Of a stretch of 64,000 nucleotides of DNA, positions 22,875 through 36,886 are shown one piece after another. Position 1 is the first letter of the stretch. The number at the start of each line of letters is the position of its first letter. The DNA is from Paraspadella gotoi (Eukaryota > Animalia > Chaetognatha), in assembly GCA_051294375.1 (NCBI GenBank), contig CM119263.1:2979573-3043572 (forward strand), given 5' to 3'. Under the pieces are notes generated by a model, which saw only the letters and a list, made by a program, of their open reading frames with translations, searched no databases and was not told where the DNA came from. Both the position numbers and the translations under genes were made by a program.

Positions 22875-23298
22875 TTTTCTTGAATTCGAAAACTTTGTGG
22901 CTTTCATATATCATGCGATCAACGTGTATGGTATATGTTCAATTTTGGGATGTATTATTATAATGTGACTGTTAATTAAATAATTTATTTTAAGATAAGA
23001 AGGGAAAAGAAATTATGCAAAATGGTTTTGCAATGGAAGCAATTTTGACTGAGAGTTACATAAACTTTTTTAAATCACTCAGTTCTTTCTGCTCGATTGT
23101 TTGACAGAAAAAAAATATTAGGTAAATTTAAAATTTTGAATTCGTATTTAGCCTCGAAATATCTTACCTCAGAGTTTTTATAGGAAGATGAGCCTTACCC
23201 GCAGGGCAAAACAGTGGAATCTCACCCACTTTTGAGAATCGGGTTAAAGGGTAAGGTTTTTTTGTCGTCGTTTTCGTCGTTTTCGAGTAGTTCCTTTT

Positions 23299-23414
<116 letters not shown>

Positions 23415-24094
23415 AATTATGCCGTAAAGAATTACATTTATTCTCACTCTCCAGTATTACAAGATCGCTTAATTCCATGACATTTCTTACGTATTAAATT
23501 TCGAAGCACAGACGCTGATCCCGCCACCCCCGCCGCCGGAATGCCTTCCTGACCGGCGCCGCGAAACGATTCAAAGGCCCTGAACTCGTGAACTCGAAGT
23601 GAGACTTTTTCAGGTGCGAATCCCAGATTAGCGCCGTCGGGTCAACCCTACCCTTGGGTTCGTTGAACTGGATCCTTGAGCATCCAAACCTGGTCCGATC
23701 TCTCTCTCTCTCGCAATCGCCCCGGTTCGCGAATTAAAATCGTAGTGAAACAAAACTGGTTTTAAAACTCGATTAAGAAAGATTAATTTCGAAAGGGGTG
23801 CGTAGTTATGATAGGTCTAATTTTTGACATTGACTTTGAAAGCAACGAAGGACTTTTTCTGTTACGTAATAAGTTACAAAATGAGTTCAGATTCTTGAAT
23901 TTTTACTTTTCGTGGTTCGACCAAATTCGTGCCCTGGGGATGAATATCCTCACAGACTTAAAATCATCGGCGTTTATATACAACTTTGTTATTTTAAAAG
24001 GAGGGGAGGTGATAAATTACTTAAATTAAAATAGGGGGTGAAGAGACAGTAATTATTGATATGTGTTAATGACAGAACCGTTCAATATAAGCAC

Positions 24095-24283
24095 TAAGCA
24101 GTCCCTGAGCTTCGGATCAGGCTGTAAAACCGTGTTACTGGCGGGTTAAGCGCCCCGTCCCTCTTAACTGCCAGACGACCACCGGGCTAGAACCCCGGAC
24201 AATTGGGTTGGGAGGCGAATGACTTGCCTCCGGCACCATTGGCCGCTGATGAACGGTTGGTGGATTTTAGTCCACCATAGGGG
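24095..24283 (+). other. GC-rich multi-hairpin segment (SINE/retroelement-UTR fragment or structured RNA)
   Basis: Stems CTGGCGGGTTAAG/CTTAACTGCCAG, CCGGG/CCCGG, GGAGGCGA/TTGCCTCC and TGGTGGA/TCCACCA within ~190 bp in AT-rich DNA. Confidence 0.35.
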
Positions 24284-24874
24284 GATCTTTTCGGGAAATT
24301 AGTTTTCTATGCGTTGACGAATTTAGTTCATTAATATTTTTTAGATTAGAAATTCATAAAATTTAAAAAAAGGCGGTAGATTAAGCTTTAAACTATAATT
24401 ATAAAATATAGCAATCTAAAGGGGCGTGGAAAGAAAAAGAAAAAGAAGAATAACGGAGGCTTCAATTTAATGTCGTCTGCTAAAATATTACGTAACCCAA
24501 CGTTTCGCGGTTTTTCTTTTTTTATTATTTACTTTTTTTGCTTCCAACTGTTTTATCTTTTATTTACGTCGCTTGAATAAATCATTTGTTCGAAGCGGAA
24601 GACAAAACCCAACTTCGCTTCTCGATTATGCATTAATTGAATTTTTTTGGGAGGTAAGAGAGGAGAAGGAGAGAGAGAGAGAGAGAGAGGAGAGAGAAGA
24701 AGAGAGAGAGAGAGATAAAGAGAAGATAAAAGAGAGAGAGAGAGAAGAGAGAGAGAGTGAAGAGAGAGAGAGAAGAGATAAAGAGAGAGAGGAGAGGAGA
24801 GAGAGAGAGAGGAAAGAGAGAGAGAAGAGAAATAAAGAGAGAGATAAAGAGAGAGAGTGAGAGAGAGAGAGAGA

Positions 24875-24909
<35 letters not shown>

Positions 24910-25849
24910 AGAGAGAAGAGAGAGAGGGAGGAGAGAGGATGACAGAAGATGAGAGAGACGAGAGGACGAGAGACGAGAGAGAGAGAGAAAGAAAGAGAGA
25001 GAGAAAGAGAGGATCTCGTTTCGATTCCAGGCCCAAACTATATTTCATTTCCAATTAGCGCCCTTTTAACGATTTCCCGCCAGGCGGGTAAAGAGAGAAA
25101 TTCTTTGTTGAAATAACAAAAGGACAACGAACTCAACGACGCGGATAAAAATGGCGACGAAGTTGAGAGATAAAATCAGAAGAGAATTCTCAGCAAAAAT
25201 GTTAGGTAGAAATTCTTAAAAAAGATGAGTACCACTCTTTTACTTATCATCAGACTCATTAATCAATTGAAGACAATAATTGGGGGCAACTCTTCCAACT
25301 AAAAACTGCGCCCTTGGTCCTAACCTTAAAAAGAATGTCCATCTTATTCTGGTGGCTAGAGGACACATGCCTCTAGAACATTTGATAAAAATTTAAATTT
25401 AGATTCTTAGTGTTAATTGTCATCTCAAGTTTACGGTGACTTGAAAAACGATTTTTTCAAAATATTTCGTCAGAACATAATCAGTAAACCTCGTAATGAG
25501 ATTACATTTAATACTAATTATACTCCCAGCGATTGCAATGACACTCAAACAAACTTTTGATTCGATTTCAAAATGCCACTGCGTTATTGCTCAGGCCACC
25601 TTTCACCGATTCAAACTCACAGCTTCACTATCACTCTCTTTGTGAACATCTACTCTTTAGATTTATTCTCTTCTGTTTTGATTTTGTTTTGTTTTTGTGA
25701 ATTTCAAACTTTCCATCTGTCGGTCTGTCAGTCTCTTTCCTTCACTCCCACTCAAAGTCAAAGACTCTCTTTATACTCTTTTCCTCTCTCTTCTTCTCTC
25801 CTCACCATATTTTTGCCCTATATAATACGTATCCAAACCAGTATTAGTT

Positions 25850-26113
25850 CCCGGTGTGCCGCCTTTCAATTCCTTTCTCTCCCCCTCTTCAACCTACTCG
25901 CTCCTCTGACCCGGTGTGCCACCTTTGAATTCCATTCTCCCCCCATCTTCAACCTACTCGCACCTCTTACCCGGTGTGCTACCTTTGAATTCCATTCTCT
26001 CCCCCTCTTCAACCTACTCGTACCTCTGACCCGGTGTGCCGCCTTTCAATTCCATTCTCTCCCCCTCTTCAACCTACTCGCACCTCTGACCCGGTGTGCC
26101 ACCTTTCAATTCC
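25850..26113. repeat. 60-bp minisatellite, ~4.4 units
   Basis: ccggtgtgcc(g/a)cctt(t/g)aattccattctctccccctcttcaacctactcgcacctctga repeats exactly one 60-nt line apart. Confidence 0.92.
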
Positions 26114-27501
26114 AATCGTCGATTAAACGATTTTTTTTTTCTCTTTTCGTTTATCGACGCGACTAAATCTCCTATCGACCGCGGGGTGACGCTTGACCCG
26201 TGACTGGGATCGACACGGGACCGGATGATTGACCCGTCGCTCGACCCTCAGTTTGACCCAAAGTTTGACCCTCGTTTTGACCCACAGGACGACGCCCCCC
26301 TCGCCCCCCCTCGCCATCTCCGATTGACGCGTGAGAAATTGAGTTTTTTTCCCTGAGATAAGAGCATTCGAGGTTCAAAGGGCAAAAAGTGGGGTCGCTC
26401 TGAGAGGACAGGAAATGCCGGGTAGCGACACTGCCCTCTGTCTGTCGGCCATTGATGCCGCGCCGGGCAGCGACACTGCCCTCTGGCGGTCGGCCACAGA
26501 TTCCGCACCGAGCAGCGACACTGCTATTTATTTATTTATTAAATAATGCATCGATTAACTTATTCATTAACGGATTTGATATTGTTGTTGTCGTTGTTAT
26601 GAATTGTTGTTGCCCTCCCCACCCCACCCAACCCAACCCAACCCCCCAACCCGCCCTCTCATCCTCGGCCTAAATTTAATGCGTTGCTCTTTTTTTTTTT
26701 GTTGCTGCGGCTGCAAATGAGCGGCGCTAGAATCGCGTCACGCCGTCACGCTGTCGCGGTTCACGAGTCCGCGTCTCTCGTCTCTCGTATCAAATCGATT
26801 CCCTTTTATTTATTCACTCGAGAGATTTTCTCTTTTTTTCGCTTACATCGATTCCTTCTCTCTCTCTCTCTCTCTCTCGCACAATACACTCAAACTTAAA
26901 TCTCACAACATTACGTCTAAGTCTGTAATCCGCACAAAACGGTTTTCAAAAACCTTTCTCATTCTTTTTATACAATTTGATTTGGATCCTCTCTTGGCTT
27001 CGATAAAACAACTGAAACTTTTTTTTTAAAACAGATCCGGCATTATTACCTCAAACTTGTTCTTTCTGTTCGCCATCAATGGAAAATGGTCTTGTTACTC
27101 CGACGGCCTCGTTTTCTTTCCCTACTTTTTTCAGCCCCATAATTCTAACATCTAATGCTATTTATAGGAAACTTCCTACCTTCCCTTTAGTTTTAAATAT
27201 CCTTTATCCCTTTCTTCCAATTATTTTTTTTTCATTCTTTTTACTCCAGCCTTTTCAGTTTTCCATTGTATTTTTTTTTATCGGTAGGATTTTGCTTTTT
27301 AGTTCGTTGAACTTGATTATAAAAAATTATTTAATATTTAATTTGAAAAGGCATAAACTTCATCGACAACTAATTATTTGTTTTTTTTTCTCTCACTTTT
27401 TTGTGAGATGCAAAATTAATGATTAGCGTCCATCGGCGCCCAACCTTAGCAATTATGAAAACTCAATTCCTTTATAAAATTAGCTAATAATAGCGAGACA
27501 C

Positions 27502-27615
<114 letters not shown>

Positions 27616-27639
27616 AGAGCAGAAATTGTTTTTCTCTTA

Positions 27640-30600
27640 CAGATACCTTGCTCAAATTATTCGGATTATTTGGTAATAGTTCTAAGATGAATGGAACGTC
27701 TAAGAAGACAGGGAAAAAGGTTGTGTCATCTTAACCCTTTGTAAAGCTTTAGAGATGATTTCTCGTATAAATGATAGAAATGTTTTCTTTTGGTTTATTT
27801 CCAATTTGTGTCCATTATTATATGGTCAAGCTATGAAACGCTGGTTCATATCCGTGCTTGATGGTTATTGTTTGTTACTGTGGTGATTTATTTTGTGTTT
27901 ATGTATCACATAGTATTTTGTAGTGATACAAGACAGCCGTTAATAATATCATCAGGTAAGCGGAGCTCTCTTACGGATGCGAGCTGATTGGGTCAAAATT
28001 GTGTTTTATTAGCAGATATTATCGCTGCAGCAGAATAAGATCAAAAGTCAATGCCATAAAATCTCTTGCTCCAGTCTTCTTCCCCTCTCTCTTTCGTCGT
28101 CTCTCCGGTGCTCGTCTCTGGTCTCTTTCTCGTCAGTCTCTCACTCTCCTCGTCCCTCTCTCTCTCTCTTCTCTCTCTCCTCCTCTTTCTCTCCTTCTCT
28201 CTCTCTCTGTGCTCCTTTTCCTCTTTATCGTTACCGTTCATCAAGTTGACGTCTTGTTATTTTCCTTCTTCAGTTTGTCACTACTCTCTCTCTCTCTCTC
28301 TCTCCCCACATCTCCACTATCCCTACATCCTCCTCCTCCCCTTCCTCTCCCAACCTCCTCTCCTCCTCCTCCTCCTCTTCCTTCTCCTCCTCCCAAGCTC
28401 ATCTTTGTAAACTAAGTTCGCTTTTCAGACACGACGACGGCGCTTCAGTCGCGTTCCTCCATCAGAACGACGCCGCGGACGTCGACGACGACGACGACGC
28501 GACGACGACGACCGACGACGACGACCGACGACGACGACGACGGACGTTCACGCGCCCAGGAAAAAAAAAAAGTCGAAGGAAGAACTCGACACCTGGAAAC
28601 CGGAAGTGACGAACGCGCGTGGAGACTTGAACTTTATATTTCGTCTGCTTAAATCTGTTTCGCTTTCGTAACGAAACACGATTTACTTTAATTATTTAGA
28701 TTATTGTTATTGAACGTGTAAAAAAAAAATTGATTCACCTATCGAACCCGCGCGTTTTTATTTTTCGGTAATTTTTTTTAAAAGAAATAAATATCAACGT
28801 CGACTATAAAAAAAAAAGAAGATTTAAATAGGATATCATCAGCAGGATTTTAAAGAACTAAGTCAAAACAAACGGGAAAACTGATTTGACGATCGACAGT
28901 TTTTTTGTACAGTTTTTGGCTGCTGATGATTTTAGTGGAATGTTCTTCTCGCTTATGAGCAGTTTAAGTACATCACATGTAGTCGGCATAGCATATAGTT
29001 CACGCCCGCCTATAACTGTAAAACGAATAAAAACACATATATAACCGTTACACCTTCAGTCGCGACCCGCTTGCTCTAATAAAGTAAACCGTAGCTCATG
29101 ACCACTAGTTACGCGGTCTCATCCCACCCTGGTACACTACACTTCCGCCTTTTCCACATACAGTATTAGTTTTTTAAGTAATTTACAACAATATTTAGGC
29201 GTTTTTAAGGACTATTTTCTCCCTAGTAGTTTTAAATGTCAGTTTTAACGTCTTTAGTTTTTCTTAATTAACTATTATTATTTTAATTTAGAAATTTTGG
29301 TTTTGAGGATTTTAAGTCTATTATTTATCGTTTAATATTTATTATTTTTATCACAAAAACCTTTCAATAAACGACAGGAAAGAAAATTGAACTTTATTAA
29401 GTACGCCTTTAATTGTTATGTTTAAAATGTAACTATTCATAACTTTTCATTCATCCTCACTCATCTGTTCTTAATTGTTATGACAAAGATATCGTGTTTG
29501 GTTTCGGTCTTCAAATCTCAGTCCTTCTGTCCCTTTCATCTTCCTCTCCTCTTCCTCTTCGTTTCAAAACAAATAGAGATTCAACCAAAAATTGTAAAAG
29601 TTGCAACAATTGAGCAAAAAAAAAAAAAAAAAAACCTTTTTGGATCCTATTTTGAGGCGAATTTATCTTACGAATATGAAGCACTGATTCACAAAGTGGA
29701 TAATGAGAGAATTTAATTGTACAATTTAACGTGTAATTTAATACTGTTCATGGGCTAATCATTAAGCATTTATTATATATTTATAGGAGAATAATCATTT
29801 AAGACATTATATTGTATATGTTTCTTTGGTCGATCCCTACTTGAAATTTCCAAGGCTATCATGATAAAATATGTATATATATTTAGAAAAAATAATATGA
29901 TGTTTACACCTTTAGACAGTTTACAGTAACTTGTAGTCAACTGCAGATGAGGAGACGACCTAAAGGTTGCAAGTTGCAGGTGTAAATTTAAAGACGTACT
30001 AAATCAAAGTTAACTATACCCCAGGCTTTTCTTCAACTCTTTCCATCATCATCATCATCATCATCCTCATCATCATTATCATCATCATCATCAATCATCA
30101 TAATCATCATCATCATCAATCACATTAATCAAACTCATCCAAAATCAAAAAATTTCTCGTCAAAAATTTGCGTATGCAGGCTGAACTCAGTTTTGGAAAA
30201 AAAAATTGGGGAAAAAAAATTGTTTCAAGGCTCCGTCTCCGCCAAGCTGAGAATTTTCTTACTAATGACCGGGCTTTCAACTGTCAATTCATTTCTATCG
30301 TTTCATATTGAGTAAATTGGCGCAGCGGCGACAACTGCAGCAGGATCAGTGGAGGCTACAGCAGCCACAGCGGGAGCCACCATAAGGTCGTCCACTTCTC
30401 GAATTTAGTAAAAAATATATTCTGTTGCAAAAATAAAATAATAATAGTAGGTTTTTCATAATTATTAAATTTTGATTTCTGATATAATAAAAACATTTTT
30501 ACCACTTTCCTGTGCAAAAAAAATTCAAATTCCTTTGATGATAGACCCTTAAGCTTATAATATCATTATTATCACTGGGTCCCCTTAAGTATTAGCGGAA

Positions 30601-33025
30601 TTGTAGTTTTGTGAAATATTTTTATTTTATTTAGATTTTGACAAAACTGGGCCTATGATTTTTCAAATTTTTACAGTTAAATTTTTGAGAAGTAATTCAT
30701 ATTATCAGAAATAGGTGAAAAATATAGGCAGAAATGGGAAGAAAGTAAACTGAAAGGAAAGAAGTTAAAGAGATTAAGTCAAAGAAAAAATAGTGTGACG
30801 CCTTCACTAAAGGCTTCACAGTGAATCTTACTGTCTTTGTCGTTCTGAGACGGATTTACCTTAGTTCAAAACGTCTCTTCTTCCTTCTCAAAGCCTTTTA
30901 AAAGCCTCTATGAAGTTAATAATAATAATAAAAGTCCGTAAGAATATTGATTAGTTGCTAAGGAGATGAGAGCGAGGCTGCGCAATCAAACAAGGAAGGG
31001 TGATTCCAAGATGTTGTTGCTCCGCTCTTATTTTCTTTTCACGTGATGGCATACTGAAGTAATCACGTGACAAGTATAGATTAACAATGTATTATGGTCG
31101 ATATCCTGTACCAATTTTATGAGTTATTTGCATTAGTTTTCTCATCAAAAAATAGATTTTCTAATAATTACATAACTTATCAAATATGTAACTTGTATAC
31201 TCGGAAGGTTTTAGAATATACATGTACGTAGCAGATAGATCTGCTAAGTAAAGATCAAAATAATACAGTATTACAAGAGTTACATATACCTAAATAAAAT
31301 AAGACAGAAAAACTGACAGACCGACCAACCGACCGACACCCAAGTGACGAGCGAGTTGTACTAAAAACAAAAGATCAACATCCTGTTTATGAAAATTTGC
31401 AAATTGCAAACATCCTGTTTTTATTTTTTATTTAATCAAATCTACATTTTTTCTTTAGATTATTTATTAAGGAGGTCGAATGGCCTTATTTTCCCAAAAC
31501 GCCTCATTCGGAATTAAATTAGTTTTAAAGCTAAAGGTTGTTATTAAGAAATGAGTTAGAAATAAGGTTAAGGATTAGGGTTAAAGATTAGTTAAATGTT
31601 TAGATTTACGAATTAGTGTTTGGGACAAGGTTTTAGCGGTAGGGTTAGGAATAAAGGATTAAAACTTCGGGTTACAGTTAAGGATTAGCGGTGAGGTTAT
31701 AGGCTAAGTTATAGGATTAAAAAAAAGCCTATGGATTAAGAAACAGAAATGGGGCGCTTTTTAGAAAAGAGAGCCGGTATTTCCTCATTTTCTTTCCCTT
31801 TTTTTTGTTCATTTTCGTTGTTTTTTTTTTGCTTTTTCCTCCTTTCTTTCCTATTTTTATTTCCCTTCTGAATTTTTGCTCACTTTCCTTTTTTTTTCTT
31901 TCCTTTTTTTTCTGCTGCCATTCATATTATTTTCTCTCTTTTCTTTTTTTCCTTTCCTTCCCTTTCCTTTTTTTTTTCCTCCTTCTCCTTTTTCCTTCCC
32001 TTCCCTTTTATTTTTTTCTCTTTCATTTTTTTCTCCTATTCCTTTTATTTTCTCCCTTTCCTTTTTTTCCTTTCCTTCCATTCCTTTTTTTCTCGCTTTC
32101 CTTTTTTCTTTCCTCCCTTTTCTTTTTTCTTTCCTCTCATTCTTTTTATTTTCTCTCTTTCCTTTTTTCCTTTTCTTCCCTTTCATCTTTTTCTTTCCTT
32201 CCATTCCTTTTTTTCTCCTCCCATTCTTTTTACTTTCCCTCTTCCCTTTTTTCCTTTTCTTTCCATTCCTTTATTTCTTTCCTTCCCTTTCCTTCCCTTT
32301 CCTTTTTCCTTTCCTTCTCTTTCCTTTTTTTCCTTTCCTCTCTTTCCTTCTTTCTCACGTCATTGTCGACGCGTTCTCGTGTTGACAAGGTTTAGTCGTC
32401 GCCAAATTTCTCGTTTCTCTCTGTTTCTTTCTTTTTCTTTTTTTCTTTAGTAAATTTTCTTTTTTTCTCTTAGTTTTCTATTTATCGTTTGTTTTTTCTC
32501 CTAACCTCTTACTTTCTTTTTTCTACTCGGTCACTCAAGAGTTAACTCACTCTTTCCCCCCTCTCATTCTCTCATTCTCTTTCTCTCTCTCTCTCTTCAA
32601 AGAATCTTTAAAAGAAATCTGTGAACAACGAAACACTGTGGATGACGAAGAACACCGTCTCAATTATTGCGTTAAATGGAAAAACATTAACTTTTTAGAA
32701 GACGATAATAAAATTTTATTTAGAGAAATTTTTTCTAAAGATACTTCCAAATTATTGAATATAATTGGTAATATTTAAAATGAATGGAACGTAAAAAACG
32801 GAAAAGGTTCCATCTTAAACTTTAGATGATCTCTATATAGAATTTTTCTTTGTTTATTTACCATTTGTTCATTTATATATTCAATGAACTTTTAATGTTT
32901 TGTTATGTTTGTTATTTATTTTTTACATATTTGTATGTACATAATATTCATGTACGGCTCTCTTACGATCGAGTGATTGTAAATGTGTTTTATTGACATT
33001 ATCAGCAGAATAAATCAAATCAAAT

Positions 33026-33101
<76 letters not shown>

Positions 33102-33273
33102 CACCATCTCCACTATCCCTACATCCTCCTCCTCCCCTTCCTCTCCCAACCTCCTCCTCCTCCTCCTCCTCTTCCTCCTCCTCCTCCCAAGCTCATCTTT
33201 GTAAACTAAGTTCGCTTTTCAGACACCGACGGCGCTTCAGTCGCGTTCCTCCATCGAAACGACGCCGCGGACG

Positions 33274-33330
<57 letters not shown>

Positions 33331-34827
33331 TTCACGCGCCCAGGAAAAAAAAAAGTCGAAGGAAGAACTCGACACCTGGAAACCCGGAAGTGACGAACGC
33401 GCGTGAGACTTGAATTATATTTCGTCTGCTTAAATCTGTTTTCGCTTTCGTAACGAAACACGATTTACTATTTAATTATTTAGATTTGATTGAACGTGTA
33501 AAAAAAAAATTGATTCACCTATCGACCCCGCGCGTTTTTATTTTCGGTAATTTTTTAAAAGAAATAATATCAACGTCGACTATAAAAAAAAAAGAAGATT
33601 TAAATAGGATATCATCAGCAGGATTTTAAAGACTAAGTCAAAAACAAACGGGAAAACTGATTTGACGATCGACAGGTTTTTGTACAGTTTTTGCTGCTGA
33701 TGATTTTTAGTGAATGTTCTTCGCTTTATGAGCAGTTTAAGTACATACATGTAGTCGGGCATAGCATAAGTTCACCCCGCCTATAACTGTAAACGAATAA
33801 AACACATATATAACCGTTACACCTTCAGTCGCGACCCGCTTGCTCTATAAGTAAAACCGTCAGCTCATGACCACTAGTTACCGGGTTCAATCCCAACCCT
33901 GGTACCTACACTTCCGCCTTTTCCACATACAGTATTAGTTTTTAAATAATTTACAACAATATTTAGGCGTTTTTAAGGACTATTTTCTCCTAGTAGTTTT
34001 AAATGTCAGTTTTATACGTCTTTAGTTTTTCTTAATTAACTATTATTATTTTAATTTAGAAATTTTGGTTTTGAGGATTTTAAGTCTATTATTTATCGTT
34101 TAATATTTATTATTTTTTACAAAAACCTTTCAATAAACGACGAAGAAATTGACTTTATTAGTACACGTTTAATTGTTCCTGATTGTAAAATGTAACTATT
34201 CCATAACTTTTCATTCCATCCTCACTCATCTGTTCTTAATTGTTATGACAAAGATATCTGTGTTTGGTTTCGGTCTTCAAATCTCAGTCCTTCTGTCCTT
34301 TCATCTTCTCTTCCTTTCCTCTTCGTTTCAAAACCAAATAGAGATTCAACCAAAAATTGTAAAAGTTGCAACAATTGAGCAAAAAAAAAAAAAACCTTTT
34401 TGGATCCTATTTTGAGCGAATGTTATCTTACGATATGAAGCACTGATTCACAAAGTGGATAATGAGAGAATTTAATTGTACAATTTAACGTGTAATTAAT
34501 ACTGTTCATGGCTAATCATTAAGCATTTATTATATATTTATAGGGAGATAATCATTTAAGACATTATATGTATAGTTTCTTTGGTCGATCCCTACTTGAA
34601 ATCTTCCAAGGGCTATCATGATAAAATATGTAATATATTTAGAAAAAATAATATGATGTTTACACTTTAGACAGTTTACAGTACTTGTAGTCAACTGCAG
34701 ATGAGAGACCTAAAGGTTGCAAGTTGCAGGTGTAAATTTAAAACGTCACTAAATCAAAGGTTAACTTACCCCAGGCTTTTCTTCACTCTTTTCCATCATC
34801 ATCATCATCATCATCCTCATCATCATT

Positions 34828-34865
<38 letters not shown>

Positions 34866-35001
34866 TATCAAACTCATCAAATCAAAAAAATTCTCTCAAA
34901 AAATTTGCGTATGCAGCTGAACTCAGTTTTGAAAAAAAAATTGGGAAAAAAAATTGTTTCAAGGCTCCGTCTTCGCCAAGCTGAGAATTTTCTTACCTAT
35001 G

Positions 35002-35005
<4 letters not shown>
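27640..35005. repeat. ~2.3-2.6-kb direct duplication (about 27640-30270 vs 32740-35005)
   Basis: Shared aagctcatctttgtaaactaagttcgc...(GAC)n...(CAT)n...gaattttcttac; indel-type differences. Confidence 0.9.
31482..31775. mobile_element. MITE-like element, same family, opposite orientation
   Basis: GGCCTTATTTTCCCAAAACGCCTCATTC ... ttagggtta core ... GAAATGGGGCGCTTTTTAGAAAAGAGAGCC. Confidence 0.72.
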
Positions 35006-35066
<61 letters not shown>

Positions 35067-35173
35067 TTTTCTCAGTTGAACGACTAAGTAGACTCGTAAT
35101 TCTTGCTCCAGGCTTCGTCTCTTCCCAATCTTTCTTGTTTCTATGAGCTGTGTACTCTGTCTCTCTCTGACTC

Positions 35174-35246
<73 letters not shown>

Positions 35247-35383
35247 ATGCTCACATTGTCTCTCATTGTATTTTTTCTGCCTCCGTGATTCGCTCCCCCT
35301 AGCTCTGCTGCGAGGCAGAGATAAATGGAGCGGCATAGACGGTAAAGAGAATATAATCCAACGTTGCTCCTCAGAGATGGCCA

Positions 35384-35466
<83 letters not shown>

Positions 35467-35885
35467 TAAAATCACACTTGAGATATTAACGGTTATTTTC
35501 AATCGTCTAAGACGGCATCCCATTATTTAAAGTACATCTAAAGAAATTCTACATCAACTTACCAATTTATCTCTCGTGCTTAATCGTAAATTTAAAAAAG
35601 TTGCAACGACTCTATACACAATTTTCAACGTTTAAATTACTCTTTCTCAATTCTAAACATGTTTTTAAACTTATTCCAAAATTTTTGTTTAAATGTGTCT
35701 TCACTTATATTTTAACTAAACAATTTATATTTATATTTGTATAGCTCGCTGACGATTTTTTGCATATATAATGTTTTTGGCCTTTAATTTAAACTACGCC
35801 GGCAATATCTTTAAATTATTATTGGCAAAGTCCTCAGGTCAGCTGCCGTAATATTCTCTCGACGACCAAGTTGACGAAACGGCCA

Positions 35886-35994
35886 ACCCATGTTAACTCA
35901 TGTTAACCCATGTTAACTCATGTTAACCCATGTTAACTCACGTTAACCCATGTTAACTCACGTTAACCCATGTTAACTCACGTTAACCCATGTT
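35886..35994. repeat. 10/20-bp tandem repeat gttaacccatgttaactca(t/c)
   Basis: About eleven 10-mers, each with the HpaI palindrome GTTAAC. Confidence 0.9.
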
Positions 35995-36049
35995 AGTTCT
36001 TCGTTTCATCCCTTGTCCGGATATCTCGTGCAGTCATGGACATGGCTAG

Positions 36050-36180
36050 CCCACCCATTTTCAGCCGTGCCCTCTATTTCGGCCTGGCCCCCAATTTTCA
36101 GCCGTACCCCTTATTTCGGCCTGGCCCCCCTATTTCACCCGTGCCCCCCTATTTCCGCCCTCCCTCTCTATTTCGGCCGC
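36050..36180. repeat. ~18-19-bp repeat cccctatttcggcc (possible DNA-transposon subterminal array)
   Basis: About seven units of ATTT(C/T)(G/A)GCC. Confidence 0.6.
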
Positions 36181-36471
36181 AGAGTTCCGCTCAGAACGAA
36201 ATCTCTTTTCGAATTCATTGACCTTCAAGATTCACTTTTCGCCGGCGAAGAAAAAAAATCAAAACGGCGCCTTTGAGACTCACGCTTACGCCATCTCGCC
36301 ACACAACCCTTTCCGGTGGCGTTCGCAGCTCAATCTATCAATGTCAACCGAAAAAGGGGGTGAATCACCGGCAAATCACCGGAAAATCACCCGCGACTCG
36401 GACTCCAATCACTTCCTACTCAACCGTGAATCGCTAATCACTCGCCGGCGTCTCATCGATGAGCAGTCGAG

Positions 36472-36533
<62 letters not shown>

Positions 36534-36886
36534 CATAGACTAAATTATTGTCCTAAACGGAATCATATAAACTTTTTGTGCAATCTTGATAAAATACCTT
36601 TTTCTGATATATACTCAAATAACATATAAAAACTAAAGCATATCATCATTCGTAAAGAGAGAGTGTGGAATTTAAAAAAATGAACAGGATCTATGTTTAA
36701 ACACTTAAATTGTAAACTATGTATAATATACATTGTATATAGTTTGTCCATATTGTAATTTTATTGCTAATTTATTTACAATCTTTAATAATGAGTACAT
36801 ACATATATATGTACAGCTCATTAACAATTGAATTGTTACTGTGTTAAACTTTCATATTTTGAGCATAATAAATCAAATCAAATCAA

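Noticed and set aside
24246-24300. Hammerhead ribozyme core (CTGATGA...GAAA)
   Set aside because: Stem II does not close next to GAAA, and stems I/III with an NUH site were not found
25850-26113. Regular repeat array as a possible CRISPR
   Set aside because: Contiguous 60-bp units with no unique spacers, no cas genes, eukaryotic context
31805-32395. Phe/Leu/Ser-rich 'membrane protein' ORFs (also 3885-4367, 14977-15432, 24626-25054)
   Set aside because: Translations of pyrimidine-rich simple sequence
34701-35087. Poly-His protein
   Set aside because: (CAT)n microsatellite; the frame is broken in the duplicate at 30045-30125
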